From Spirochaetae bacterium HGW-Spirochaetae-1 (GTDB lineage: Bacteria > Spirochaetota > UBA4802 > UBA5550): a DNA stretch of 64,000 nucleotides. This document shows positions 9,376-19,737 of the stretch, in pieces. How positions within the stretch are numbered: the stretch's first letter is position 1; the number at the start of each line of letters is the position of its first letter. The position numbers were made by a program, and so were the translations under genes. Where the stretch lies: positions 51,612 to 115,611 of the forward strand of contig PGXY01000004.1 of assembly GCA_002839375.1 (NCBI GenBank), read 5' to 3'. The notes beneath the pieces are model-generated. The model saw only the letters and a list, made by a program, of their open reading frames with translations, was not told the DNA's origin and made no database searches.

Positions 9376-12300
9376 TCAACGCTGCTCGATGTGCGAGCCG
9401 TACATTCCCTTGATGACATTTATCTGCGACGGTATGCGCGTCTTTAGCTCGTTCACATGGGATATAATCCCCACCATGCGGTTTTCCCGGAGATCGTCCA
9501 GTATGGTGAGGGCCCGGTCAAGCGATGCGTCGTCCAGGGAGCCGAATCCCTCATCGATAAAGATGGCATCCAGCTCAATGTGGCCCGAATGGTTCTGTAT
9601 CACATCGGCCAGCCCCAGGGAGAGAGATATGGATGCCAGGAATTTCTCACCGCCCGAGAGGCTCCGGACGCTCCGGTGTGTACCAGTGTAGGCGTCGAAA
9701 ACATCGAGTTCCAGTCCGGCCTGGCGGTTCCCGTGGATGATCTCCTCGTTGACATGCAGTGAATAGCGGCCATCGGTCATGCGGCTGAAGCGTTCTGTGG
9801 CCCGGGCCGTGACATCGCGCAGGTAGGCTCCCAGGATAAAATTCTGAAAGCTGATGTTCCGCGGGTTCTGCCCGGTGAGGTCATCGGAGAGTTCCATGAG
9901 GAGTTTCGATTCCTTCACGAGTTCGTCTATCTCATGGGAAAGGGCCTCGTAGCGCTCTTTCCGGCTGTCCAGGTCCCGAAGACCGGCATCGAGAGTATTA
10001 CGTTCATTTTCCAGCCTGTCACATATCGTCGCGGACTCATTTTTTCTCTGCAACAGGGCCCTGATCTCGGGCCGTTCCTTTCCTTCAATCTTTGCCTCGG
10101 CCTCTTCCATCCTGACCAGGAGGGCCTTTACCTCGTCCCGGTACCCGACGATCTCCTTTTCGCGCCGTGCCGCCTCGTCCTCGGTGATGAAATATCCCTC
10201 CATCTCCTCAATACCGGAAAAGGGCAGGCCCTTCATTTTACTTTCTATGTCGCCGGCGATATCTCTTACCTGGCCGCGGCGCTTCGCCAGTCCCTCCTCC
10301 AGCGTGGCCAGGGAGCTTTTCAGGCCCTCCAGTTTTTTTGCCGCGTCGTTCAGTGCGGTGTGTATAGTGTCAATGGACTTACTTTTCGCCAGGGCCTCCC
10401 GTTCCAGTCTCTCAATCTCATCAGCGATCCCGGTTCGACCGGCCATTTCCTTTTCCAGTTCAGCTATGGCACTCTCGCACACGGCCCTGTCGCGTTCCAG
10501 GTCTGTAAAATCCCGTCGTTCCTTATCCTCCTCTTCGGCCAGTTCCCTGGCCTTCTCCTCGATCTCCGCCGCTTCCTTCCTGTACTTCTTTACCAGGTCC
10601 CGCAGTTCCTCGCCTGAACGTTTATCTTCCTCGAGACCGGCGAGTGTTTCCCTGCGCTCCTCAAGTGTTAATCCATCGCCCGTGGCCGAGTCGGCCAGAT
10701 CCCGTTCAATCCTTTTACCCGTCGCCTCGAGGTGCGCCCTGCGTTCCTTCATCCGCGAAATATCGTCGCGGCAGGCACGGACATTGTTAAGGGCCGCCGA
10801 GAGAAGCTCCTCTTCGGTGAAGGCCTCACCGTAAGTAGTGGCAGGTATAGGATGGTCGGTGGAACCGCAAACCGGGCAGGGCCGGCCCGTCTCCAGTTTC
10901 ATGGCAAGGCTGACTGCCATCGAGGACTCCTTCCGCTGCTGCAATTGCTCCTGTGTCTTAACATTTATTTCCAGCGTCTTTTCCAGGCCGGCCATTTCCT
11001 TCTCGCAGTTTTCCATCTCCCCGCGGTTTGTTTCTGCCTCTTCCAGAAGCACCTGTTCCCTTTCCCGCTTCTTGATGTCTTCACGAAGGCCGGCAATGAT
11101 CTCGATCTGTTCATTGAGCCAGTCCTGGATATCCTCCTGCTCCGAGAGGAAGATCTTTATCTCCCTGAGCCTGGCGGCACGCACGGCAGAATCCTTTTCC
11201 CGGGAACCGATCCCGTCACTGAGTCTTTTTATCTTTTGCTTCAGGGTGCCCAGTTCTTCTTTTCTTTCCTTCAGAAGTGACTCTTTGGGAAGGAGGAGTT
11301 TGAGCTTTTCAGTTTCTGAGCGGAGAACCTGGAGTTCCTTTTCAAGGGCAGGAATTTTCCCCGCCTCCTCCTTCGCCCTTTCATGCTTCCGGGCCAGGCG
11401 TTCCCTGTCGCCCTTCATGTTCCCGGCCTGTTTCTCCTCATCCTGAAGTTCCTTCATTCTTCTCCGGTAATCCATGACCAGGGGCTGCATGGACAGGGCC
11501 CTGCGGCACAGGTCCAGCCTTTCCTGCTTCCCGTCCATGTCTTGACGGCGGGCATCGAGTCCCGCCTTTTCTCTCTGCAGCTTTTCCACCTGGATGAAGT
11601 CCTTTTCTGTTTCCGTAGCCACGGTAAGGCGCACCGATATCTCCTCCAGTTCCTTCCGCTTGCCCAGCAGTTCCCCGTGACGGAGCCGGCGCTCCTCCAC
11701 CAGCTTTTCGCGCATGCCCGGGTATGTATCGGGATCGAAGGCGCTGCGCAACCTCTGTTGTTCCCCGGTTTTTTCTTTAAGCTCACCCTTCCTGATATTT
11801 CTCATCTCCCGGGCATATACCGAGATTTCTTCATGTTCCTGAACGGGAAATATCTTCTTGAGAAGTTCCATCTTTTCCTTTGTCTCAGCCACGAGAAACT
11901 TCTGGAACTCCCCCTGGGGCAAAAGCACTATGCGGGAGAATTCCTCCTCGGCAAGGTGAATCTTTTCCACGATGGCCGCATTGATGTCGCTCGGGGTCCC
12001 CGTCACGGGCTCCCAGGTATCCCCTTTTTTATTGTAAAGGTTCACCGAAGGTTCCTGCCAGACCTTTTTCGCAGAAGACCGTTTGCTGCCCCTCTCATAG
12101 CCGGGACTGCGCCGGATCTTGTAATAGTCATTCCTGATACTGAAGACCAGTTCCACGAAGGGCTCCACGTCCAGGCCGGCAAAGCTGGACACCAGTGTCT
12201 TCTGGTCCCGCGTTCCTGTCACCCTTCCGTAGAGGGCGAACATGATGGCGTCAAATATAGTGGTCTTTCCTGATCCCGTGGGCCCGGTGATGAGGAGAAA

Positions 12301-12381
12301 ATCGCTGTAGCGCTCGAAGTCCACGACCTGGCGCAGGGGAAAGGGGCCGAAGCCCTCCATGACAAGTGTCCTCGGTTTCAC
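9376..12381 (-). CDS. sbcC: SbcC-family DNA repair exonuclease ATPase subunit
   Basis: 1001 aa. N-terminal Walker A ITGPTGSGKTTIFDAIMFALYG, a long coiled coil with a CPVCGS zinc hook, and a C-terminal signature/D-loop LSGGEKF...IFIDEGFGSLD. Confidence 0.85.
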   Translation of the reverse strand: MKPRTLVMEGFGPFPLRQVVDFERYSDFLLITGPTGSGKTTIFDAIMFALYGRVTGTRDQKTLVSSFAGLDVEPFVELVFSIRNDYYKIRRSPGYERGSKRSSAKKVWQEPSVNLYNKKGDTWEPVTGTPSDINAAIVEKIHLAEEEFSRIVLLPQGEFQKFLVAETKEKMELLKKIFPVQEHEEISVYAREMRNIRKGELKEKTGEQQRLRSAFDPDTYPGMREKLVEERRLRHGELLGKRKELEEISVRLTVATETEKDFIQVEKLQREKAGLDARRQDMDGKQERLDLCRRALSMQPLVMDYRRRMKELQDEEKQAGNMKGDRERLARKHERAKEEAGKIPALEKELQVLRSETEKLKLLLPKESLLKERKEELGTLKQKIKRLSDGIGSREKDSAVRAARLREIKIFLSEQEDIQDWLNEQIEIIAGLREDIKKREREQVLLEEAETNRGEMENCEKEMAGLEKTLEINVKTQEQLQQRKESSMAVSLAMKLETGRPCPVCGSTDHPIPATTYGEAFTEEELLSAALNNVRACRDDISRMKERRAHLEATGKRIERDLADSATGDGLTLEERRETLAGLEEDKRSGEELRDLVKKYRKEAAEIEEKARELAEEEDKERRDFTDLERDRAVCESAIAELEKEMAGRTGIADEIERLEREALAKSKSIDTIHTALNDAAKKLEGLKSSLATLEEGLAKRRGQVRDIAGDIESKMKGLPFSGIEEMEGYFITEDEAARREKEIVGYRDEVKALLVRMEEAEAKIEGKERPEIRALLQRKNESATICDRLENERNTLDAGLRDLDSRKERYEALSHEIDELVKESKLLMELSDDLTGQNPRNISFQNFILGAYLRDVTARATERFSRMTDGRYSLHVNEEIIHGNRQAGLELDVFDAYTGTHRSVRSLSGGEKFLASISLSLGLADVIQNHSGHIELDAIFIDEGFGSLDDASLDRALTILDDLRENRMVGIISHVNELKTRIPSQINVIKGMYGSHIEQR

Positions 12382-13517
12382 GGGGTGTTCCTCTCGCGGC
12401 GTATTTTTTCAAAGAGTTCCATCTTCTCCGCCGAGGCTTCTTCTCCATGAATGTAGGCATGAAATGCGCGGTAATCGTCTTCCAGGGTACCCATCTCTGA
12501 TACTGACGGCACCGTGCTTCTCTCCCCGGACTTCATTTGCGGCGCCGCCTGCCTCACGGAAAGAATGTGGGGAAAGCGCTCCCTCAGAGAGACCAGGGGG
12601 TTTGTGATGATACCGCCGTCGGTAACCTCCGCCTCGACGTAATGTCCCCGGTATTCCACGAATTTTTCGTCGTTGAGCAGGGACTGGAATGAGCCCCGGA
12701 GACGCACCATGTCCCGGAGGGGTGTGAGCGGGATCGTGGCAATATCCTGAATTTCTCCCGCTATTGTTACGGAAAGCACGCCCTTTGTGTCACCGCACTC
12801 GGAGAAAGAATACTTTATTGGCGAACCGGAATAATGGACCTTTCCGGACACCTCCTGGGGCCGGTGCAGGTGACCCAGCGCCGTGTAGGCGAAATCATCG
12901 AAGAGGGCCGGGTCCACTTCACCGGCGCCCCCCACCATGACACGTTCCGAATCAGAGGTAAGGCCACGGCGTGTGTACAAGTGCCCCACGCAGATATTCA
13001 CGGCGTTATGATCCATCCCGCTCCGGATGATCTCCACAAGATGCTCCAGCGCCTCTTCATGGCTTCCCTTCACCGCCTCTTCGCCTTCACGATGCGCGTC
13101 GAAAATACCGGGCTCAAGAAAAGGGATGGCATAGATATTGACCGTGTCATTTCCTTTTGAAAGACGTATCGGCTCATGGGCGCAAGCCGCCTCGCTCCTG
13201 ATGTGGATGCCGGAGAGCGAGAGCATCTCGGCACAGTAGGAGAGTCTCAGGGCGCTGTCATGGTTCCCCGGGATCATGACCACCGGCACCTCGCTCTTTC
13301 TGCGCAGCTCCGTAAGGAACCTGCTGAGAAGCGCCACGGCATCGGCTGGAGGAAGGCTTCGGTCGTAAATATCACCGGCCATGATAAGAAGATCGTGGGG
13401 ATCGCCATGCAGGATTTCAGTGATCTGGCCCAGCACATGGGCCTGGTCCTCCAGGAGCGGTTTTTCATGAAGAACACGCCCCAAATGCCAGTCCGAGGTG
13501 TGCAGAAGTTTAATCAT
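12378..13517 (-). CDS. sbcD: SbcD-family nuclease (Mre11-like phosphoesterase)
   Basis: MIKLLHTSDWHLG...MAGDIYD...GNHD calcineurin-like motifs. Its stop overlaps the sbcC start by 4 nt. Confidence 0.85.
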   Translation of the reverse strand: MIKLLHTSDWHLGRVLHEKPLLEDQAHVLGQITEILHGDPHDLLIMAGDIYDRSLPPADAVALLSRFLTELRRKSEVPVVMIPGNHDSALRLSYCAEMLSLSGIHIRSEAACAHEPIRLSKGNDTVNIYAIPFLEPGIFDAHREGEEAVKGSHEEALEHLVEIIRSGMDHNAVNICVGHLYTRRGLTSDSERVMVGGAGEVDPALFDDFAYTALGHLHRPQEVSGKVHYSGSPIKYSFSECGDTKGVLSVTIAGEIQDIATIPLTPLRDMVRLRGSFQSLLNDEKFVEYRGHYVEAEVTDGGIITNPLVSLRERFPHILSVRQAAPQMKSGERSTVPSVSEMGTLEDDYRAFHAYIHGEEASAEKMELFEKIRRERNTP

Positions 13518-13547
13518 ACAATTTTCCCGTCATCATGGGTAAGGTCG

Positions 13548-14924
13548 TCAGGCCTGGTGCTCAATACCGATGATGGTGATATCATCATGGCGGGAATCAC
13601 TGCCGTTTTTCTTATCGAACATATCCAGGGAGGTGAGGAGGGCTGCGAAAATTTTTTCCAGATGTTCCTCGCGGTTCATTTCAATGCTCTTTTCCAACAG
13701 CACCCTAAGTGACTCTTCCGCATCCTCATCAACCCTTTCATAGAGACCGTCGGTGTATATGAGCATCTTGTCGCCCTTCTGAAAAGGATGATCATAGAGC
13801 GTATAATCAGCATCGGCCATATCGCCGACTATCATACCGCCGCCCCTGAGGACCTGGGTCCTGCCGCCGGCCAGGAGCATCTGTCCCGGATGGCCTGCCG
13901 ACGCATAATGAATCATACTTCCCTTCAGATCAATATCGACTATAAAACAGGAAAAATAGGTTTCCAGGGACCGGTATGCGTTTATAAAATTAACGTTCAG
14001 TTGTTTCAGCAGATCCGCAGCGGATATTTTCTGTCTTTTCAGCATTTCGTATTCGCTTTTTATAATCATGGTGATAAGAGCTGCCTGGATGCCATGACCC
14101 GTTGCATCGGCAATAAAAATACGGGCATGCCCCGGTTCAAGTTCCGTTATATCATAGAAATCCCCGCTGATGCCCTGGAGAGGCTGAAAATAGACGCGCA
14201 GGGATAGTCCTTCAATCTGTTTTGATACCGAAGGCAGAATATTTTTCTGAATCTTTTTGGCAATAAGCAAGTCATCCTGAACCCGCTCATAGGTTATCTG
14301 AAGAGTGTCATAAGCGGTAACCAGTTTTCTCTGGAAAAGAAAATCGATACGAAAAAACTTGTTCTCGGCGTTTGAGAGAAGTGCTCCGGCAATATTGGCC
14401 GTAATAATAATGACACCGCTGATAATGAAGGAATGCGTCAGGGAACCATTCCCTGTCATGGTATATCCCCTGACGAGTAAGCCCAGAAAAACGGCACTGA
14501 TAATCCCCGCCGTCACCAGGGCGAAACGAAGCCGGTACCGCGGAAAGAGATAAACAGTCATTATAAGAATTGTCAGTATCATCACATGGAAATAAAATCC
14601 TATTGTCCCGGGCTCCGTGAAGAAAAACATCACCAGCAATCCGCCTCCTGAAACAAGCATCATTAATGATACGAAGAGTTGGAAGTAGATTTTAAAAATA
14701 TTATAAAAAGTCAAAACCAGAAGAACGGCAAGAGAGGGTATCACCACGGCAAACCGTACAACGAGAGCCCGGCCCGGGGTATGGGGGACTGTCCAGAAAT
14801 CAAAGCCGGCAAAAATAATAAAAAATGCCATGGCATAAATAGCGGCATAGCGTGCCGTGAGCACGGCCCTGCGGATGTGATCCCTGATCAATTGCTTTTC
14901 CAGTTGGGCATTAATGCGTTTCAT
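13548..14924 (-). CDS. membrane-anchored PP2C-type (SpoIIE/RsbU family) serine phosphatase
   Basis: About 200 aa of hydrophobic helices, then GDFYDITELEPGHARIFIADATGHG...YTDGLYE, the PPM/SpoIIE signature. Confidence 0.7.
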   Translation of the reverse strand: MKRINAQLEKQLIRDHIRRAVLTARYAAIYAMAFFIIFAGFDFWTVPHTPGRALVVRFAVVIPSLAVLLVLTFYNIFKIYFQLFVSLMMLVSGGGLLVMFFFTEPGTIGFYFHVMILTILIMTVYLFPRYRLRFALVTAGIISAVFLGLLVRGYTMTGNGSLTHSFIISGVIIITANIAGALLSNAENKFFRIDFLFQRKLVTAYDTLQITYERVQDDLLIAKKIQKNILPSVSKQIEGLSLRVYFQPLQGISGDFYDITELEPGHARIFIADATGHGIQAALITMIIKSEYEMLKRQKISAADLLKQLNVNFINAYRSLETYFSCFIVDIDLKGSMIHYASAGHPGQMLLAGGRTQVLRGGGMIVGDMADADYTLYDHPFQKGDKMLIYTDGLYERVDEDAEESLRVLLEKSIEMNREEHLEKIFAALLTSLDMFDKKNGSDSRHDDITIIGIEHQA

Positions 14925-14998
14925 CGTATATGTTTATCACATGGATCTGTTTTTCAGCAACAGGGAAAGGAAATATCCGGGTGCACCTCTGGTAAAAT

Positions 14999-16792
14999 TT
15001 AATCTATATCAATTCCGATGAGCGTAATGTCATCATATACCGATACTTTATTCACCTTCCCCACATGCTGGGCAAGGTTGGCCAGTATGGAATCGAATAA
15101 ATCGGTTGTCGAATTATTTATTTCACTTCTGATTATTTTACGCAGCCTTTCCTCACCGAATTCCTCGTCATCGTCGTTAAAGGCCTCGAAAAGCCCGTCC
15201 GTGAACAGCATGATCTTCTCTCCCGGACCCGCAGGAACGGAAGTGGTGGTGTACCTGGTATTTTTCAGTATCCCCACCAGTTTCCCCGTATGGGATATCA
15301 TTTCAATCCCGTTTTTCCGGATCAGTATCTGATCGGGATGACCCGCCGAGGAATAGACAATATGCCGGCTGTTTATATCAATGTCTACAATAATACAGGA
15401 AAAAAATACGTTCAGGGATTCATACAGGTCAATAAAGGAATTGTTGAGTGATTCCAGCATCATGGCCGTATCATCGAAAAACTTGACCTTTTCATATTCA
15501 CTTTTTATTATCATGGTCACCAGGGCGGCCTGGATCCCGTGACCGGCGGCGTCGGCGAGAAAAACACGGTGATAGCCGGGATACAGCTCCACGATATCAT
15601 AGATATCTCCCCCCACCTCGTTGACGGGAAAATAATGAATAACGCAGCTGATCCCCGAGAGTTTCTGAAACTTTTCGGGAAGGATTCGTTTCTGTATTTT
15701 CTTGGCCAGGAGCAGATCCGCCTGCGTCTGGCTGTAAGCCTCGTTGAGCCGGTCATAGGCATTCTTCAATTCTTCGGTCCGTTCACGAACCTTGCGTTCC
15801 AGGTCTTCCCGTATTTCATTGATCTCTATGGCCGCCTTGTTATAATGCTCGGAAAAAGTCACCAGTTCACGGTCTGAGAAATTGGGAAAGTATAGGCCCT
15901 TACCGCCGGCAGCCAGGTTTTTAGTGGCACGGATGATCTGGGAGAGAGAAACGGTAACCGTGTTTATGGACAGATAAACAAGGAAACCTATGGCAATTAT
16001 ACTGAGCGTGATAAATATGGTTATCTGGCTAATGGGCCGATGGCTGTAACGAATGAGCACCGTGAGAATTACCATGCTGAGAAGAATAAGCAGGAGGATC
16101 AGATATGATTTATTCCGGTAACTCAGATAATACCTGGTGTTCAGGTTACGGGATTTCTGATAGAGAATACTCTCAATACGCTCTTTGTAGGGGCCGATGA
16201 GATATTCCGTAATATTATACGTAAAATAACCGATGATAAGCGCAGAAAACAGGCCGCCGAAGGCGATGGGAGGGAGGACCTCCGTACCACGCCCTGTGAG
16301 AAGTACACCAATGCTCAGCTGAACAATGACCATGATCGTATAAATCGTGGCCGATACCAGGTTATTGCGGGGAAATTCAATAAGAGCCGCATGAAGCCTG
16401 GAAAAGGTATCATCACTGATCTCATCGCTTTCATAAAAAACCCGGTCCGCGGTAAAATAGGCGTTGATGATCCGTACAGATCCGGTCAATCCCGACAGTC
16501 CTATCCGGTGGAACATGCCATAGTGAAACAGGTGCGTCAGGATGGCAAGGGTCGTGCCGATAAAGAGGACCGTTACATAGAAATAGAAATCCCTGTCTAT
16601 CGTCACCGGCGAAATGGCATAAAAAAGATAAAAGCCGTAAAATGCCGCTATCCATGATCCCGTTGTTGAGAACAGGGAAACAGCAAAGCCAAAGGATATC
16701 TTTTCCGATAATATGTTAAATATTCTTTTCAGCATATACTCTTCTATAGTCGACAACGATGAAAGCTGTCTGCTTTTCCCGGCATCATACAT
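14999..16792 (-). CDS. membrane-anchored PP2C-type (SpoIIE/RsbU family) serine phosphatase with a HAMP-like linker
   Basis: Multi-TM N-terminus, a coiled linker, then GGDIYDIVELYPGYHRVFLADAAGHG...FTDGLFE. Paralogous to the preceding gene. Confidence 0.7.
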   Translation of the reverse strand: MYDAGKSRQLSSLSTIEEYMLKRIFNILSEKISFGFAVSLFSTTGSWIAAFYGFYLFYAISPVTIDRDFYFYVTVLFIGTTLAILTHLFHYGMFHRIGLSGLTGSVRIINAYFTADRVFYESDEISDDTFSRLHAALIEFPRNNLVSATIYTIMVIVQLSIGVLLTGRGTEVLPPIAFGGLFSALIIGYFTYNITEYLIGPYKERIESILYQKSRNLNTRYYLSYRNKSYLILLLILLSMVILTVLIRYSHRPISQITIFITLSIIAIGFLVYLSINTVTVSLSQIIRATKNLAAGGKGLYFPNFSDRELVTFSEHYNKAAIEINEIREDLERKVRERTEELKNAYDRLNEAYSQTQADLLLAKKIQKRILPEKFQKLSGISCVIHYFPVNEVGGDIYDIVELYPGYHRVFLADAAGHGIQAALVTMIIKSEYEKVKFFDDTAMMLESLNNSFIDLYESLNVFFSCIIVDIDINSRHIVYSSAGHPDQILIRKNGIEMISHTGKLVGILKNTRYTTTSVPAGPGEKIMLFTDGLFEAFNDDDEEFGEERLRKIIRSEINNSTTDLFDSILANLAQHVGKVNKVSVYDDITLIGIDID

Positions 16793-17094
16793 TTTATTCC
16801 ATTACGATATGGACATTTTTTAAGAATTTTCGGATAACACTCAAGAAAGGAAAGATGCTCTTGTTACTCACATGTCCTTTCTGCTATAAAAATGGGGGTG
16901 AATAAAATTTCTGTTCAAAAACAATTATTACATACACAATATTGATTAAAAATATGGTAACGCTTTTAAAAAAAGCAAGTATAAAATATTTTTTACACGT
17001 ATATTAAAATTAAACATTCCTTGACAGCGGAAAACAGTCCTGATAAGACTTGGCTGTATCGCTGTTCTTTGCGCAAATACGGCACGGGACCAAT

Positions 17095-18039
17095 ATGGGG
17101 AAAACAGCCTACCTTTATGATAAAATTTTTCTTGCCCATGACACGGGATTATCACACCCCGAGTGCCCCGAAAGACTTATCGCAATTGACGATAAAATTC
17201 GTTCAGCCCCATACTATAAATCCCTGGTGAAAGTAAAACCCTCCATGCCTGATCTGCAGCACATCCAGGCAATTCACACCCCGGCCTACATCGACCGTGT
17301 CCGGAGAGAAATTGAAGGCGGTGCCCGGTATCTTGACTCAATGGACACAGAGGTCTGCCCCCGATCCTATGAGGTGGCCCTCATGGCCGCAGGAGGATGC
17401 CTCAACATGTGCGACACCGTCATGTCCGGTGCTGCCCAGCACGGTTTCTGCGCCATACGACCTCCGGGACACCACGCTGAATCGGACAGCGCCGAGGGAT
17501 TCTGCATCTTCAACAATATCGCCATCGCGGCCCGTTATCTTCAAAAACAACATGCCTTAAGCAGAATTGCCATAATCGACTGGGATGTCCATCACGGCAA
17601 CGGCACACAGCATACCTTTTACCGTGACAACACCGTTCTCTATATCAGCCTTCACCAGTATCCCCATTTTCCCGGCACCGGTTCCATTCTAGAAAAAGGC
17701 GACGGCCCCGGCGAGGGCTTCACCATGAATTTTCCCATGAACCGCGGCGACGGCGACACCGAGTATATTGCCATATTCACATCACAGATCATACCCGCCC
17801 TGGATAAATTTATGCCTGATATCATCCTCATCTCGGCCGGATTCGATGCCCACAGGGCCGATCCCCTGTCCTCTATAAATCTTTCCACAGAGGCTTACGG
17901 GGAATTCACTACCATGCTACTTGATGCATCCCGTCAATCCTGCCAGGGTAAAGTCATCGCCTTCCTGGAAGGAGGATACCATCTCAACGCCCTGGCCAAC
18001 GGCATTGACCAGGTCATGAAGGCCTTTACGGAAGCATAA
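17095..18039 (+). CDS. histone deacetylase-family protein (AcuC/acetylpolyamine amidohydrolase-like deacetylase)
   Basis: RPPGHHAE...FCIFNNIAIAA...IDWDVHHGNGTQ...GGYHL motifs. The start was set at the internal ATG (MGKTAYLYD), because the upstream ORF start is TTG. Confidence 0.75.
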   Translation: MGKTAYLYDKIFLAHDTGLSHPECPERLIAIDDKIRSAPYYKSLVKVKPSMPDLQHIQAIHTPAYIDRVRREIEGGARYLDSMDTEVCPRSYEVALMAAGGCLNMCDTVMSGAAQHGFCAIRPPGHHAESDSAEGFCIFNNIAIAARYLQKQHALSRIAIIDWDVHHGNGTQHTFYRDNTVLYISLHQYPHFPGTGSILEKGDGPGEGFTMNFPMNRGDGDTEYIAIFTSQIIPALDKFMPDIILISAGFDAHRADPLSSINLSTEAYGEFTTMLLDASRQSCQGKVIAFLEGGYHLNALANGIDQVMKAFTEA

Positions 18040-18101
18040 CCTCTTTTTTTTCTTTACAGAAAGCGGCACCGATGCACAATGAAAACAATCAGGAGGCTCC
18101 C

Positions 18102-18500
18102 ATGGAAACTTTTTCAGTGCAGACCTGTGCCGGCAGCGAACTTATCGACATCACCGGCGAGGTGAAATCCATTGTTGCCAGCTCCGGCGCACAGAGCGGC
18201 CTGTGCCTGGTGTACACTCCCCACACCACGGCAGCCGTCACCATCAATGAAAACGCCGACCCCGACGTGCAGAGCGATATTCTTAAAGGGTTGGCCCACC
18301 TTAAATTTGAGAGCGTGCGTTTCGATCACGGCGAGGGGAACTCTCCGGCACACTTAAAATCATCGCTTATCGGCTGTTCCGAGACGATCATCATCGAAAA
18401 CGGGAAGCTGCAGTTGGGGACCTGGCAGGGCATCTATTTCTGTGAGTTCGACGGACCCCGGAACCGCAAGGTCCATGTGCAGATCCTTGGATCCCGGTAA
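18102..18500 (+). CDS. YjbQ/UPF0047 family protein (secondary thiamine-phosphate synthase-like)
   Basis: GLCLVYTPHTTAAVTINENADPDV...PAHLKSSLIG...WQGIYFCEFDGP is typical of YjbQ. GGAGG SD 7 nt upstream. Confidence 0.75.
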   Translation: METFSVQTCAGSELIDITGEVKSIVASSGAQSGLCLVYTPHTTAAVTINENADPDVQSDILKGLAHLKFESVRFDHGEGNSPAHLKSSLIGCSETIIIENGKLQLGTWQGIYFCEFDGPRNRKVHVQILGSR

Positions 18501-18520
18501 GGAGCAGGAACGAATTACGC

Positions 18521-19006
18521 ATGATAAAAAAGAAACTCTATATCGCTTCACCCCTGGGATTTTCCGAATCGGGCAGATTTTTTCTTTATGAGAGGATTAT
18601 TCCCCTGGTGAAAGAATGCGGCCTCGACGTGCTTGACCCCTGGACGCTCACGGACAGCACAATCATTGCACAGGCCCAGGCCAAGCCGCCGGGCAGAGAA
18701 AGGGAAGAGGCGTGGCTGCAGGTAAACCGGATAATTGGCAAAAATAACGAGACGGCCATCGACACATCGCAGGGAGTCTTCGCGGTCCTGGACGGGAGCG
18801 ACGTGGACAGTGGAACAGCGGCTGAAATCGGCTATGCCGCGGCCCGGGGGAAAATAATTATCGGCTATCGCAGCGACTTCCGCCTGGCCGGAGACAATGA
18901 AGGTTCCGTGATAAACCTGCAGGTGGAATACTTCATTCACCGCAGCGGCGGCCGCATCGTCGCTTCACTTGAAGAGGCTGGCGCACTTCTTCGTTCAATG
19001 TTTTAA
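18521..19006 (+). CDS. nucleoside 2-deoxyribosyltransferase-family protein
   Basis: IASPLGFSE...VLDP...[28 protein letters not shown] pattern. Confidence 0.65.
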   Translation: MIKKKLYIASPLGFSESGRFFLYERIIPLVKECGLDVLDPWTLTDSTIIAQAQAKPPGREREEAWLQVNRIIGKNNETAIDTSQGVFAVLDGSDVDSGTAAEIGYAAARGKIIIGYRSDFRLAGDNEGSVINLQVEYFIHRSGGRIVASLEEAGALLRSMF

Positions 19007-19053
19007 AAATATCCAACAACATAAATCGCAGCACGCTCAGTGGAGGAGAGTCA

Positions 19054-19434
19054 ATGAAAAATATCATATCAACGGACAAAGCCCCCAAAGCAATCGGTCC
19101 CTATTCACAGGCCGTAACAACGGGAGACCTGGTCTTCATTTCAGGTCAGCTGGGTCTTGATCCTGCAACGGGAAAATTGCAAGGGAATAATGCCGCAGAA
19201 CAGGCTGAACAGGCCCTGAAAAATATGGGGGCCATACTCGGGGCTGCGGGACTCGGTTTTGGCCATGTAGTAAAAACCACGGTTCTCCTGGCCGACATAA
19301 AGGACTTCGCGGCAGTGAACGAGGTCTACGCCCGCTTCTTCACGACGGACCACCCGGCCCGGGCAGCCTACCAGGCAGCGGGGCTTCCCCTGGGTGCCCT
19401 GGTTGAAATCGAAGCCGTGGCATGGCTGGGTTGA
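19054..19434 (+). CDS. ridA: RidA family reactive enamine/imine deaminase (YjgF/TdcF-like)
   Basis: [13 protein letters not shown]...[13 protein letters not shown]...[29 protein letters not shown]. Confidence 0.85.
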   Translation: MKNIISTDKAPKAIGPYSQAVTTGDLVFISGQLGLDPATGKLQGNNAAEQAEQALKNMGAILGAAGLGFGHVVKTTVLLADIKDFAAVNEVYARFFTTDHPARAAYQAAGLPLGALVEIEAVAWLG

Positions 19435-19461
19435 TGACAGGCGTTTATTATTGCACTGTAA

Positions 19462-19698
19462 TCAGATTTCTATATCTTTAAGATACGAGTATTGCTCAGA
19501 GCATCCTTCTTTTTTAATTCTAACCATGGTTGTAGATCCGATAATTTTCTTATCGGTGTAAGTAACAGTTCCTTTGCCTCTTGGTGACCCATCAATATTA
19601 ATTTGCGCTTCTGGATCTGAAGTTTTAATCACGGTAGTGCTGGAACAACTTGCTAAAAAGACAAAAATCAAAATGAAAGAAAATCCTTTTTTAACCAT
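19462..19698 (-). CDS. small lipoprotein of unknown function
   Basis: 78 aa with signal peptide and lipobox FLASC. Lies in a strongly AT-rich segment. Confidence 0.4.
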   Translation of the reverse strand: MVKKGFSFILIFVFLASCSSTTVIKTSDPEAQINIDGSPRGKGTVTYTDKKIIGSTTMVRIKKEGCSEQYSYLKDIEI

Positions 19699-19737
19699 AA
19701 AACCTAATTAATATAAAAATTTTTGTACTTACTAGTG

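Noticed and set aside
9934-12273. Many long plus-strand ORFs (227, 216, 182, 202 and 296 aa), including a Ser/Arg-rich low-complexity one at 10184-10834.
   Set aside because: All lie antisense inside the well-supported sbcC coding region, which is GC-rich and has a Glu/Lys/Arg-rich coiled coil. They are shadow ORFs with low-complexity translations and no SD.
14965-14998. Possible third, degenerate copy of the intergenic repeat (GTGCACCTCTGGTAAAAT).
   Set aside because: Only an 8-mer core (GCACCTCT) plus an A-run is shared. The downstream conserved blocks (TGTTTGTGC..ACAA, TTTTTAGAG) are absent, so this is compatible with chance.
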